Source of the DNA: Tubulanus polymorphus
Lineage: Eukaryota > Animalia > Nemertea
Reading direction: 5' to 3'
Assembly: GCF_964204645.1 (NCBI RefSeq)
Contig: NC_134029.1
Span: 10,628,850-10,692,849, forward strand
DNA: 64,000 bases
In this document: positions 1 through 13,483 of the stretch, piece after piece
Numbering within the stretch: position 1 is the stretch's first letter
How the letters are laid out: each line of letters opens with the position of its first letter
Program-made: the position numbers and the translations under genes
Notes under the pieces: model-generated
Databases searched by the model: none
What the model saw: the letters and a program-made list of their open reading frames with translations, nothing else
What the model was told of the DNA's origin: nothing

Positions 1-1859
1 CAATCATTGATCTGCGAGAAGGAGACCTCGCGCATTTATTACGCTCACGGCGTCTGTATCTCTACCATCAAAATCACACTTGAATTAAGTGTTGACTTCA
101 ATCTAGCAATTTGATTAAGGAAATAGCAGCACTTTAGTTGAAAAAAGTTGATAAACCACCTACGACTGTCGAATCATTTAAAAGCTTTGATATCACATGG
201 AACTATTTCCGCCTTATCACAGGTGCGCTCTGCCGCCGTGATTCGCCCATTCAACGATAAAAACTTTCCCACGGTCTTACTATCGACATTTTCTAATAAT
301 TTAGGGAAATATCTAAGACCAGAAAGAAACTTTCCATGATGGGTTTCGGTATTGACTTAGAACTTGAAAAGTGAAAGGAAATAACTGTGCTGATGCGGTG
401 CATGTTTAATCCATACTATCAAGGTAAAACGTCAGTAAATATACTTACCATGGTGACCGGAAACAGTCTGCTCTCGGCACAATCGCCAAGAGCCGATGCC
501 ATAGGCCAATGACCGTGCAGTCCATTGGGCATATGCTTCACATCCATGATTCAACATGAGTGTCTTGAAGCTGGTCACAGACTGAACCTTAAGGCCAACT
601 GCTAGCTGTACCCTGAGGGCCTATAGCTAGTCTTACGACTGACCAAGTGGAACAGGAAAACAATATACACCAGCGGAGGAACGACAGTTACGCAAGTTTA
701 ACTATGGACATTTTGGACTTGACAATTTTGATCCCGTGGGGCAATGACATAAAACAACTAAAACTTGAACATTAACTACTCGGGACAAACAAAATCAGAA
801 GATGCTATATAAGTTAATCAAATTTCAGGGCAGTACATATTAAACCAGGACGGCCGGTTACTGTTGAAATCAAGATCTGCAACTGAGTGAATGTGGCTTT
901 CAATAGTTTCATTCATGACAGGTATGAAAAGTAAAGCAATTTAGGCCCAAGTTCAAAACGTTTTTAAATGTGACACCATGTCTTCGCATGACCATTCGAC
1001 AATTAAAATTTGGGTCCGTTGATGCATGTCTGTGTGCATGCGGTAAAAATACTAATCTTCTCCATGAGAAGCGTTATCTATTACTACACGTAATTGATAC
1101 ATAAATGGTTAACGCCTTATTGCTGACAATGCAATCGACTCGCGTTGTACACTAAGTATAAAAAATATCAAAATCATCAGTGTTGCAAACTAAATACAAG
1201 ATAGCCGGGCTCCAATGATTGCTAACGTAAGGGCATAAAAATGACGGGTTCAATTGATGATACTTAATGCCATCTTTAATTACTTAAGATTAGTTCTCAG
1301 CGTTGATCAAAACACGGATCTTGGGCGTGTGGTATTATCACTGCGGAAAATAGTGGATGCACGCTACCTGCCATGGTGCGCTGATAATATTTTGGTTTAA
1401 ATGATGTTTTTTCAAACAAAATAAACTCTATTCATCAAATGCCTGCTTTGTTTTGTGGAATACGTAGTAAAACTTTGACTTTGTCATCAATATTTCTTGC
1501 GACTGTGATTTAAGCTCCCATACTCAGTGAAGTCAAGTGATATATTCGGGGCGGAAATCTCAGCTGGCCAATTAATTTACGCTGGTTTTTACATAAAGAG
1601 TAGCAACCGGCTGAAACTGCAAAGAATGAACCGGCCTTATCCGAAATCCAAAAGTCTTTACTGCGTAGTGTCCGGAGCACTCCCCAGTCTCTCGGCACCA
1701 GCGCTGAATATCGCGCCCGAGGCGTTAGACTAGATCAGCGCGCGCGCATGCTGTATGAGCGTATCGTATCTCCATATACAAGCGTGTTCTGCGTGCTGTA
1801 TGAGCGTATCATATCTCCATATACAAGTGTGTTCTGTGTTACACACACACAGCGAGTGT

Positions 1860-2127
1860 ATTGAGCGTCGCCGTTGTAACGCACTATAGCGGCTTGAACT
1901 AACGAATAACATTGATTATTTTATAACCAAATTTGAGCACTTATAAACATCAGAATCAAATAAAAACCGAGCTGCACCATCTACACCAAGTACAGAATAT
2001 ATGTGCCAATTTACCGAAAAATCGGTCCACACAAACAGCTTAAATCATGTCATAAACATCCACAGACAGACAGACAGACAGACGATGCCATAGATGGGTT
2101 CGTCTGACAAGGAAACCCATCAAAAAG
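1860..2127 (+). mobile_element. Short Helentron/HINE-like interspersed repeat (GACA microsatellite plus terminal hairpin)
   Basis: Homologous copy at ~11650-11920; (GACA)n run followed by hairpin gatgggtt...aacccatc; boundaries approximate. Confidence 0.5.
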
Positions 2128-2428
2128 TGAAATTTCACACAATTTCGTTTGACAAATCTTCCTCTGAACTCCCACCAACAAGTTATAAGTGGCGACACAA
2201 AAATGATGTTATCGAAACAAAGAAGATACACCAATAGACAAACTTTCATCCATTTGTAATAAATTTTTTCATTTCACACTTCAACTCAATTTTTGCAATC
2301 CTTAAAAGTTTGTGGATAAAAATCACAAATTTTAGTTTTGTTAGTTGAGGTCATTTTTTAGTAGTGAAAAGTGGTGCATTGAGATGTCAGTTTTCTCATC
2401 AATTAAAACAAATGAAAGTTTCTTATTA

Positions 2429-2908
2429 GGCCATCCCAAGTTAATTGTCTGTTTGCCATAACACGGACTCAACTGACCTTTTTATATGATAATAATATCA
2501 CAAATCTGTTGTGCTAGGGGAATTTGTGTAATTTGCCTGGATTTCAAGAATAATTTTAAAATTCTAACTTCGTCCAGAGCGTCATCGCTGTGTTCAAAAT
2601 AAAACAGTACAGTGAATATATGCGCGCTATAACATTATCCTCAATATAGTCACTAAAATGAATGGCAGCTTATTGGAACACTGCCAGTTTCCTGGAAAAC
2701 TTAAAATAGGTCACACGTCGAGACATATTTTCACGCGATGCACACTTGACTTCAAGCATATGTATCTCATATATCGGCAGTGGGTCGGTCGGTCAGTCGT
2801 TTTTGTCAAAAATGAAATTTATTTCAATGAATCCCAGAAAAAAATTTTCACTCGGTACCTTTTTCACTCGGTACGGGTTACGGCAGAGACCATTATTTTG
2901 GGATGGCC
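2429..2908. mobile_element. PIF/Harbinger-like MITE
   Basis: TIR GGCCATCCCAA...TTGGGATGGCC flanked by TTA on both sides. Confidence 0.7.
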
Positions 2909-3354
2909 TTATATCTTTTCTACTACGCATGCCGAACAGGGTAGAGGTACTACGAATGTTGTTCGGTTAATGACAGGATTTTTACTAGCTACGATGCCTA
3001 TATGATCTTTGACCATAAAAACCCATCACGAATTGCAGAATTCGATTCGATCCACACAAGGCCTATATGCTGGCCTTTGTTAAAAAGCAATGTAGTAACT
3101 GGGCAAGGAGTCAACTATGATTCAACTTTTCAACACGAGGACCATAAGATCCATATGGTCCAAGACATGTTTTTAAATTCCACAAATAGTAGTGAGTGGA
3201 TGCATGAGATGTCAGTTGTCTATGTACATTTTCTTACTACACACACCTAACAGGTTATTTTTCGTCTGTCAATGTGAGTCAGTCTATGTTTACACAAGGC
3301 AGGACACAGCCATGTATCTCGCCATGTGTATAAAGCACTACTGCCTCTAGCCTT

Positions 3355-4312
3355 CTACATGTACTAACTCAGGCCCGAGAGTACTGCATCTTCGAATGGT
3401 GCAGTTTGCCTAGATACGTATATGTGATACAGGCTGGCATTACTGGTAATTTTCATGAAGAAAATCCCTCACTCACACTGTGCTTTCAAGAAATAAAATC
3501 GGGGCTAGCTACGAACCCTGCAGAGACGATAATTTACTGATCCTAAGTTGGTATAAACCACAAACTGTGCAGTTTCTATGAACTACTTTGGAATGTATTG
3601 ATGCACTAACAACTGTGAGGATAGTGATGGAGACTTTTTCCCGGATTTGCAATAACATATAAATGGCTGATGTACTACATGTACTAACTCGGGCCCGAGA
3701 GTACTGCATCTTCGAATGGTGCAGTTTGCCTAGATACGTATATGTGATACAGGCTGGCACTACTGGTAATTTTCATGAAGAAAATCCCTCACTCACACTG
3801 TGCTTTCAAGAAATAAAATCGGGGCTAGCTACGAACCCTGCAGAGACAATAATTTACTGATCCTAAGTTGGTATGAACCACAAACTGTGCAGTTTCTATG
3901 AACTACTTTGGAATGTATTGATGCACTAACAACTGTGAGGATAGTGATGGGGACTTTTTCCCGGATTTGCAATAACATATAAAATGGCTGATGTACTACA
4001 TGTACTAACTCAGGCCCGAGACTACTGCATCTTCGAATGGTGCAGTTTGCCTAAATACGTATATGTGATACAGGCTGTCATTACTGGTAATTTTCATGAA
4101 GAAAATCCCTCACTCACACTGTGCTTTCAAGAAATAAAATCGGGGCTAGCTACGAACCCTGCAGCGACAATAATTTACTGATCCTAAGTTGGTGTAAACC
4201 ACAAAATGTGCAGTTTCTATGAACTACTTTGGAATGTATTGATGCACTAACACCTGAGAGGATAGTGATGGGGACTTGTTCTCTGATTTGCAATAACGTA
4301 TAAATGGCTGAT
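3355..4312. repeat. Tandem triplication of a ~320-bp unit
   Basis: Units start at ~3355, 3675 and 3996 (ctacatgtactaactc...), nearly identical. Confidence 0.95.
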
Positions 4313-6339
4313 AAGGATCTTGGTAAAGTGTGTAGTAAGCAAGTTCAACTTTGATGATATACATGGTAATGGGTTTTCCCTATGACTCACTAGCACGTGG
4401 CAGAACAATTTATACTATGTTTTCTTATAAAGGACGTCGTGTGATGCCTTTCTAAAGGACTTTCCCTTGATCCTAAATAGCAAAATTTCCCACTTTACGT
4501 TAATAAGATTAAAGTATTGTTGGTCTACCAAGTTATTCAATCTGACAAGAAAATGACATTATCGACTCACAACCATCCTATAACCTTCGACAATACCCCT
4601 CGCGTTTTATGGCTGAGGGGTGAAAATGTACCAAGTGCTCATTTTGGATAACCAAAATAGCCATGTTGACACCCATTTTCAATTTTTGGGCTGCAGACGC
4701 TGCTAAGGTAGATAAACACATAAACCAAATGGCAAGACATCATACATAAGTGTATTGAAGCCTTCCCCAGAAAAATAACGGACAGACGATGGACAAAAGT
4801 GGACACAATAGCCCATTGGGAGTTAGTCCCAAGTAGGTTCATAGGGTTCATAAGATTATTAAACATGATGTAGATATGAGTTCTTAACATAATCAACATA
4901 TATAACCATTCAATAAGTATTCAAAGTAATTAATAACAATAACAACAGATGTCAAATTATCACAACACTCTATTATATCTTTGTCAGTGATATTTTGTTA
5001 TATAATTGGTTTATGTGCACATAGAGCCATGACGTTCTAGCATCGATGTCTTCATAACCTAGCTTAATATGCTCACAATGGTACTCAATGCTCATATATT
5101 TGATCATGATGTTTCATGAGGCGAACAGTCAGCTTTGTTCTATATGTCATGAAAAAAGCTGGAGAAAGAAATAACTGCCTTGCAAGCAAACGAATTGAAA
5201 ATGAAAATACAATAACAGAAAACGCACAAAAAGCACTGCTATAAACATCCTCCCTCCAGCAGCGTATCAAACAAGATCGCATCGCTTGGCTCAAGCCATA
5301 CACACACAAACCCTTGCCACACTAGATCAGGTGTGCAGGTAGGTGCAGGTTTGCCGCAAGAGTACTTGCAGCACCTATCAGATTGCCCAGGCAAATTTCA
5401 TGGATTAACTAGAAATGGAACAAGAAACAAAATTCTTAATATGGCCTATCTTAAATTTACATGATGGTGCATGTTTAATCCAGTATCAAAATGAAACGGC
5501 AGTAATTATACTCTTAAGCAATTATGTGTATTCATAAGATTTCATTAATCCTTTTAAATAAATCTTATAGGCCTTTGATAAGATTTTGAATATGCATGCT
5601 TGCCTTAAAGTGTTTACCATGGCGGGTTAGATTTTATTACTGCATCCAATGTGTTGAAAGTTCTGAAGGGAAACTAAGCCTCATTCGCAAGTCATTTTGT
5701 ACCCAAGGAAGAAAGAGTCATATGCCTTAGCAAAAATAGATATCACTTAAGCGAAAGTCCGTAAAATTCAGGCTTAAATAAAACCAGATTTCGGATTAGC
5801 TAATAATGACATGATCTAAGCTGCGCATATAGGTGCACACTCGGGCTTATGTGGCAGGGTTTCTTACCGTGGCAAGTCCCGATGCCATCAGGTTCAAATC
5901 CCTGGTGGGGGAGGATGTGTTTTATAATCTCTTGGAATGCCATGCATTTTCAACTCTTTGCCTGCCACGCCCATTTTTCAGGAAATGCAGCGCTTTGCCA
6001 GAGATATTTTCATCAAATTGATTTCATTTCGCTCATCTGGTCTTGCTCAGATCAAATTAGCAGCTGAAATATTCTAACAGTAGGTTTTGGCAGAAAACGC
6101 TTCATCATTGCAATTTCTATATTTCTTGCAAACCATGCAGGAAGTGGGCCTGAAACTTTCTGGTGTAGAGCGATAACTTCACCATCTATTGGAGTATAGA
6201 AACAATTAAACACTACCAGAATGATTTTGGTAAGCAAGTGATAGGAAATTTTGGCTGTTAACGTACGCATTAGGCAGGCAAAGAGTTTATAAAGATCAAA
6301 AACAAGATGGAAACTACCGCACCTAATTTTTGGAAAGGT

Positions 6340-6432
<93 letters not shown>

Positions 6433-7768
6433 CTACAACAGATAGAATCCACAAAATGCCAAAACTTTAAAATCCGTTATGAAGCTAAGCACATGTATAG
6501 GGGATCATTGTATTGATGATAATAAATTTCAACACATTCAAATTGAACTTATTGTGCTAGTACTTCATGAACAGCCCCAAGACATCTAAGTTGGTTTGAA
6601 AACACCATTTCACATGACTACAGTAGAATCCAATCCAACTCTGTTCCAGTCTACTTCCTGGCAAAAAGCTGACAATAGAGTGCTAACCATCAACAACTTG
6701 AGTCCCAGTTCATGACAACACAACTACCTGAATTTTCCGGCAATGAAGCCGACTTAGGCAATAAGCCGAGGGCAGTTTTTTAGACTAAAATACATGGATT
6801 CCATAAAGCTTCGCCCAATAAGCCGAGGCCCTTCATCGGAAGATTTTAATTCACTCAATTTGTCAATGGGATCCCGGGTTACTCGTAGTGAAAATCATTT
6901 CATGAAGTTTTCAATGAAATTTGAACATTATTTTTAGGCTTCCAAATCTGGAAATTATCAAACGAGTCATTGGATAGATATAAGATTTCCTTTCTCAGTC
7001 AGGGCTGCCAACCTTACGCAGATAGGGACAGAAGGATATCTTAGGAGGAACTTTGGGGGGGTCAAATAGGAACCTACTAAAATGAAGCAATTTCTCAGTT
7101 TTGCTAAATAGGAACAAAATAACTATAAATAGGAACGATTTAATTTAATTCATTTTTATTGAACAAAAACACCAACGTTTCAAAATTTCTTTTTTAACTA
7201 ACGACTAATGGATAATATGTATCCTTCTTCAACGTTGACCCATCGACCCCGAGTATGATTACTGTAACCTATATTCGGCTGACTGCTGACGCGCATATAT
7301 ACAAATGTATTAGCGACGCGGTATTAGATTGACTGCAATTTCACAAGTCAGAATCCATCCATCCACAAAATGTCAAAAAATACAAACATATACTCACTTT
7401 TTACTTCATAGGAATCAAAACGAATACTGGCTATTATTTTTTTTATATATATAAGAATAAATACCGACTTGGAAGAACCCTGGTAAAGAAATTACAGGGC
7501 AAATAGAACAGAGTTAGGCGGAGTCTACCGTAGTAAGGATACAATGTATCAAAAGAACATGGGATTTGCTATGGTTTACTATTATGTATTGGTTCTTAAA
7601 GTGAAAACATCCTCACATTTAATTCCACAGAAATTCACTTGATTACAAGGGGGTCAAGGGAAACATTGATGCAACGCTTGACAATATCAGTATTTAATAA
7701 CCCCTCATTCCTGACAAAAAACACAACGCAACAATTATAACAAAACTACTTGAAATTGAATGGCTCAC

Positions 7769-7928
7769 CTGAACTCTTGAGGCTGCTTCCATTTTGGCAT
7801 CTTGTGGAATTGTATTCGTGACGACAACTGCTTCAAAAATGGAATTATTGATACGCGAGATTGCGGGACCTGATAGAATACCATGGGTGCATACGGCGTA
7901 CACTTTAGTAGCACCAGCTTCAACCAAT
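7769..7928 (-). CDS. PRPS1: PRPS coding exon 6 ([29 protein letters not shown]...SRVQ)
   Basis: Within ORF 7694..7969; tatag acceptor, gtgag donor; 160 nt. Confidence 0.96.
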
Positions 7929-8429
7929 CTATAAATGTGAAAAAGTATCAGTGGACTAGTCATGTCCAATACATGATATCAGTGCAAATACAGTCATCAG
8001 GCATAAAATTAAAAAGTTTTTGTTTCCGGTCCCACTAGTATGATTTTTATGGGTAGGAAGCAAGGGAATTTTTGAAAAGGGAATTTTTTTTTTGGGTTGT
8101 TCTACACATCAAAGTGACATGTCCAGAGAGTACAAAAGCATGCACAGCAAATTGTCAATACTATCATAGGCCCTATAGGACAGACCAGTCTTCACTATTG
8201 GTTGCAATCACATACAATGAAATCCTTCGATGTCAGTCATTGAATAGAGAAATTGAAATAACGAGGATTGAAATTAAATATAAAATTCTCTACCAAACAA
8301 CAAACTTTATCGTGACACCTTATCTAAATTTCTTTTTATTAGCGAAAAAGTCTGATGCCTATATGTCATAACTCAGTTCAAAACGTTCATTAAAACTAAA
8401 CTGTTCTGTGCTTACTTCAACTCGTAATC

Positions 8430-8510
8430 CACCCGGAGGAGCGCATTTGAACTTTATTACTATGGAAAACTGCGCTATATAAATGACTATTATTATTATT
8501 ATTATAATTA
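8430..8510 (+). mobile_element. L2/SINE-type 3' tail with (ATT)n
   Basis: gcgcatttga...gcgctatataaatgac followed by tattattatt. Confidence 0.45.
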
Positions 8511-8990
8511 TGCCTCTTTCATTTTGTTGCCGGGTTCGTTATTAGTAGGTTCTTCATGCTTATCATATCCTCTAAATCCATCATCGTTGTCGGCAGCCGC
8601 CATTGTATCAGTCACAATAATTACAGCACCAATGCGACTGTTTGGAGGCAAAGCAGGGAGATTGTATTTTACAAATACTTGCTATGTATTTCAATTTGAT
8701 TTTCATTTCGACCAAAATAGATAAAGCAGAGTCATGAATTGATACATTATAAAACAAGAAACAAAATTCTTAATATGGACTTTCCTAAATCTACATGAGT
8801 GTATGTTTAATCAGCATCAAAATTAAACATTGGTACTCTAAGAGATTTCAGAAGAAAAACTGAAAAAGAGTGAAAACTATTGGATTGAATTCAAATGATG
8901 GGAGAAAACTGACTTTTAACAGACAATTAGATCGAAAATAAGGACGGAAAATATCAAGAAATAAAATGTCTTTTCTCAAGGAAACGCATA

Positions 8991-9552
8991 CCGTAAAAAC
9001 GGGCTTATAAGTCGAGTTTTTAATCCTTAATTTTACCACTAAATTATTGACCTCGACTTACGCCAAGTACTGTTTTCTACTAAGTATTTTCAGGTCACAA
9101 GAAATATTGATTCTACCAGACAAAAAAGACAGTGTTCATCTTCTCACTGCTATAACAGTTTGAATAAACATTCATGATAAATAAAGTTATTTAATGAAAA
9201 AAACTTCTTTCATTTTGACACAGCTTCATTTAAAACGATGTATTCATATATGCGTGCTCATAGCAGCGCTTAATACATAAGCCTATATATAGCGTGTGAC
9301 TCACACTAGTGTATCACCACTGATTATGTCTATTGATTAACACACAGCAGCAATCAGGCTGACGCGCTCGGGCGTGCGTGAAGGCGTACATCATTATCAA
9401 AACAAACTATTCAATATAATGATACAATTAATTATTCTTCTAAAAGAAGGGACTCGACTTATAAGCCGGATATATGTTAAAATCATGAAATATAGGTCTA
9501 AAAATCGACCTCGACTTATACGCAGCATAGACTTATGCGCCGGTTTTTACGG
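8991..9552. mobile_element. Tc1/mariner-type MITE inserted into an older repeat
   Basis: TIR CCGTAAAAACGGGCTTATAAGTC vs CCGTAAAAACCGGCGCATAAGTC, TA TSD; the empty site is visible in the paralogous repeat at ~18600-18690. Confidence 0.8.
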
Positions 9553-10966
9553 TACCTATCTTCGGCATGAAGTTTTTGGCAGAATTTCAGAGAATCCGTG
9601 CTCCGCGTTTCATAACCACGGATCAATACATCACACAGCAGCCATTCTGTGTATTGCCCACACATGTGTGAAGCATGAATAATGTAAAGTGGCATGTGTT
9701 CCTACGAAACAAAATGTAGTTCCAACAACTAATAAATAACTTGATAAATAAGCAACCGATTCCGATGAAATTCAATAGGATTAGAGATTTTATTACTGCA
9801 TTGAATTTTTTAAAAGTTCCGAAGAGAAACTAAGCCTCATTAGCAGGTTATTTTGTACCAAAAGAAGAAAGTTTCATATGCGATAGCAAAATGGATTTCG
9901 CTAAAGCGAAAGTCCACAATAACTCATCTTACATTGGGTTATCTCAAAAGGAGATTACGCAACGTAATTGATATTTTCACAGCAGTCCGCGCTGCGCTGC
10001 TGTATAGTGATGCGCTCGCGCAGGGTATTATAGGTTGGCAGCCTGCTGGTCTATGTATCGTGTGCATACTTGTGGGAAGCCACGTGTATGCCAGCTCGAT
10101 GTCAGTATTGTGATAACCCATGAATAACAAAACAAAACGTTTTTCACAAAAAATAACTTTTTGCTATCAACTGTTTCCTGGTCGGATAAAAATTTTTATT
10201 TTCTATCAAAATTGTACTATTCTGCGATTTCTTAACCAGAAGAAACTTAAGTATACATATAACGACCTGAGATGTGACTCATTGAAAAAAGGAGCACGAA
10301 ATAGCCGTAATAGTTAGCGGAATAGTCATCTATTTATCCTTCACTCCGTGCGTATAGTTCATTTTCAACCCGCGGGTGGCGCTATTTATGATGTCAACTA
10401 TGACAATCAACACAAGCACGTGTGCGCGCTAGTACGCGTAGCCTATGTATAATCGATAAAATAAACACCATTTGTTCACCGTATTCAGACGTACAGCGCT
10501 ACTCACTTAGGCCTATATACGATTATCATGTCATATACAACGGTAGCAACACTATACAATGGTAAGAGTTTATCAATTCAAATCACTCCCAAAATGATAA
10601 AACATCGCATGAAATGTCTAGTGAAATGCCTGGAAGCCGCAAGCTTTTGTCAGAGATGACGTCAGAAACACGCACCTGTTAAGATGAACAATAACAGTGA
10701 GCACGTGCTGAAATTGCCGATTTAAAAGTCATATTTCTCAGTAATGGCTGAAATAAATTTCAAACCAGTTCCATATTTGATATTTGTGAATACATCACAT
10801 TTGAAAATGAATTTTACACAATCTTCTATTGTGATGGCATATGCTCTTTAAGGTCGGCACCTTTTTGATCGGGTCGGTCGGGGGACAGAAAGAAAGACTT
10901 TTTTATTTTATGCCTCAACAAAATCAACTAAGCTTCAATGACCTGTTTTAAATTCTTAATTCTCCC

Positions 10967-11233
10967 ATTTAAATGTTTTGGGAACTAAATTTTTTATTTC
11001 CGAATAGTTCTATATTTTCCATTGGTTTTTGTCGATATTCTCTGAATTTGGATTGATCGCCAATGATTTTTCTGAACGACCTCCCGGATGTGCATTTAAG
11101 AAATCCGAGGGGATACCCGCCATCTTTTTAGACTATAACATTTCATAAAAATTGGATAGGAAGCCGGAACTCCCACCATATGAAAGGATAAGAACTATTC
11201 AGAAATACAAACTTTAGATCCAAAAATTGAAAT
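10967..11233. mobile_element. Small degenerate TIR element (MITE-like)
   Basis: Imperfect ~40-bp inverted ends (...tatttccgaatagttct / agaactattcagaaata...). Confidence 0.4.
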
Positions 11234-11322
11234 ATATCCTCAATGTACTGTGCCCTTTTCTATGGTTTATGCTACACTAGCCTAGCACAAGAATAGTGGG
11301 AGGGGTCGATCGAAAACATGTG

Positions 11323-11612
11323 GAGGGGTGTGGCCGAGTGGTTAGAGCATTTAGCTCTGGGAAACCAGGTCGTGGATTCGAACCCAGTACAATGCCGTAG
11401 TGTCCTCGGGCAAGACACTTATCCTCATTGCCTCTCTCCACCCAGGAGTAAATGGGTACCTGGCCTGATAGATGACTTCTGAGTGCTTGTTAGCAGCTCA
11501 TTGTTACTTCTCCCCAGGGAGAGATGACTGATCCATTAAATTGGCCGGGGTAATAATACCGAAAATGTAAAGCACTCTGAGCAGCCTGGCTGGATTTAGC
11601 GCAATATAAGAC
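11323..11612 (+). mobile_element. tRNA-derived SINE with L2-like 3' tail
   Basis: A box tggccgagtgg, B box ggattcgaacc, conserved body gtgtcctcgggcaagacactt...ccacccaggagtaaatgggtacc, tail tgtaaagcactctgag...agcgcaatataag. Confidence 0.8.
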
Positions 11613-12239
11613 TCAAATCTCAGTGTACGTGTTCTATGATACACAGCAAGTATAATGAGTGGCGCTGTAGCAACGCGCTACAACCGCTCAAACTAATGAA
11701 AAACGTGGATAATTATATAACCAAATTTGAGCACTTTGTAATATAATTCCCAGAATCAAATATAAACCAAGCCATCGACACCAAGTACAGAATATAGTGT
11801 CAATGTACGGAATTATCGGCCGCACTAACAGTTAAAATCGTGTCATAAAGAAACATCCACCGACAGACAGACATCACAATGATGCCATAGATTGGTCTAA
11901 CGACGAAACCCATCAAAAATGAACCTCCAACCGTGGAACCTCCAATCCGCGGGAGATTTTCATCCCTGAACATCACTTGCAGTAGCGGCAGCATATCCAG
12001 ACGTGGGTAATCTTACAAATATGGCACATAATGCCTCGGATTGCTTGTAATGGCACTCCTGGGGGGTTACCGGTATATGGTAATATCATTGGCAATCAAT
12101 CCAAATTCAGAGAATATTGGCAAAAACCATGTAGGGTATACTCAAACGAAATATGGGAACACAACTGGAAAATGTAGCTGCAAAGCAGCGATAACGGGTT
12201 TTCTGCACAGTCTTTGAATCCTGTTCAATGGTCAACACA

Positions 12240-12592
12240 GTTTTATAAGAGGAAGCTCGACAAACAGTCAATTAGACCTTTCTTGAAACCATGGACAACT
12301 GGACTTGATGTCCTATTTCACTCTGGAAAATCGACTGTTAGGCGATAATTACTCTTTATGATTTCAACAAAGCATTTGATAAGGTACAACATCAGCCATT
12401 ACTAAACAAGGCTATTAGGAAACAGTATCAATGATAGGTTGCCGAAATGGCTCAGCATTATCTCTGAACAAAAACTTGTAGCCGAAATCAACGGAACGCC
12501 TCATCTTGGAATAAGTCGGTCTAACTAGTGGAGTCACGCAAGGTAGTATCCTAAGTCGTCTTCTGTTTAATGTCCTGACAAATGACATAAAC
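12240..12592 (+). pseudogene. Degraded non-LTR retrotransposon (CR1/L2-type) reverse transcriptase fragment
   Basis: Manual translation gives DFNKAFDKVQH and SGVTQGSILSRLLFNVLTND (GVPQGS motif). Confidence 0.75.
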
Positions 12593-13155
12593 AGTAATCC
12601 AAAATATACCAGACCGAGTAAATTTCCAAAACGACCTAAACACGCTGTTCGACCAAAAAACTTAATGATCCGACAAGAAAATCGTGTACGCTTTTTGTTT
12701 GAACCAAAACTTTTCTTCATTCTGAAAGCAATGTTATTTTTGAAATGAAAAACTCTTTGTCCCGGCAAAAAAATTTGATTGAGCGAAAACAATTTTTTCG
12801 AACGAATGTTTGAATGAAAACAATTCTGTTCGATTTAACAAAATACTTAATACTTTTGGTTCGGAGAAAAAACGTTTTACAATATACTTGTTCGAACGAA
12901 AAAGTTAATGTTCTGACAAGAAAATTCTGTTCAAATTAAAACGATTATGTTCGATCGAACGATTGTTCGAACGAAAAACCTTTTGTTTCAACAAAAAAGT
13001 TTGTTCAACTTTGTTCTAACGATTTTTTCAAATTGGTTTAATCGAACAGAATATTATTGGTTCGAACGAAATAAGTTTTATTCCGTAGAAAGAATTTTCA
13101 AGCGAAAGGTCTTTTAAACGAGAAAAAAGATTTCTGGGGCTCCGCAGTAACTCAA

Positions 13156-13483
13156 AGCCGGACGTAGGTCGGCCTTGTGACGCGATGCGATCCTCGCGTT
13201 GCATCGCAAGTTTCGGTGCAAGTCGGTTGCAATAGGATTGTCAGCGACTGTGTGCGACTAGTTTCTGCCAGTCGCAAGAACACGTAGGTCGGTTGTGACA
13301 GTCGTGTCGCGTTGCAGAAAGTAGAACACGTGCGACTCCTTGCCACTGGCGTTGCTGACAGTCACAACCCGTCGCAAGGGAGCGTAGGTCGATGAGTCGT
13401 TGCGACACAATCGTCGCTGGCGGTCGCAGTGAATGGCCGCGCAGTGAGCCACAAGCCGTCGCAAGGCCGACCTACCCCCGGCT
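13156..13483. mobile_element. GC-rich MITE with long TIRs and internal cgtaggtcgg repeats
   Basis: agccggacgtaggtcggccttgtgacg ... cgtcgcaaggccgacctacccccggct. Confidence 0.7.

Larger units (their letters stand above)
8000..10914. mobile_element. Putative PIF/Harbinger-type non-autonomous element expanded by nested insertions
   Basis: Inverted ends GGCATAAAAT.AAAAAGT / ACTTTT..ATTTTATGCC flanked by TCA on both sides. Confidence 0.5.

Noticed and set aside
449-560. Possible minus-strand exon ending in a GTAAGT donor
   Set aside because: No recognisable protein; the apparent donor overlaps a fragment of the local repeat family
3509-4181. Duplicated 65-aa ORFs
   Set aside because: By-products of the 320-bp triplication; no protein motif
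7000-7482. hAT-like MITE (CAGGGCTGCCAA ... TTGGAAGAACCCTG)
   Set aside because: TIR match is poor and there is no 8-bp TSD
12600-13145. Region rich in TTCGAACGAA motifs
   Set aside because: Probably the interior of a degenerate DNA transposon; no clear period or termini to support a call
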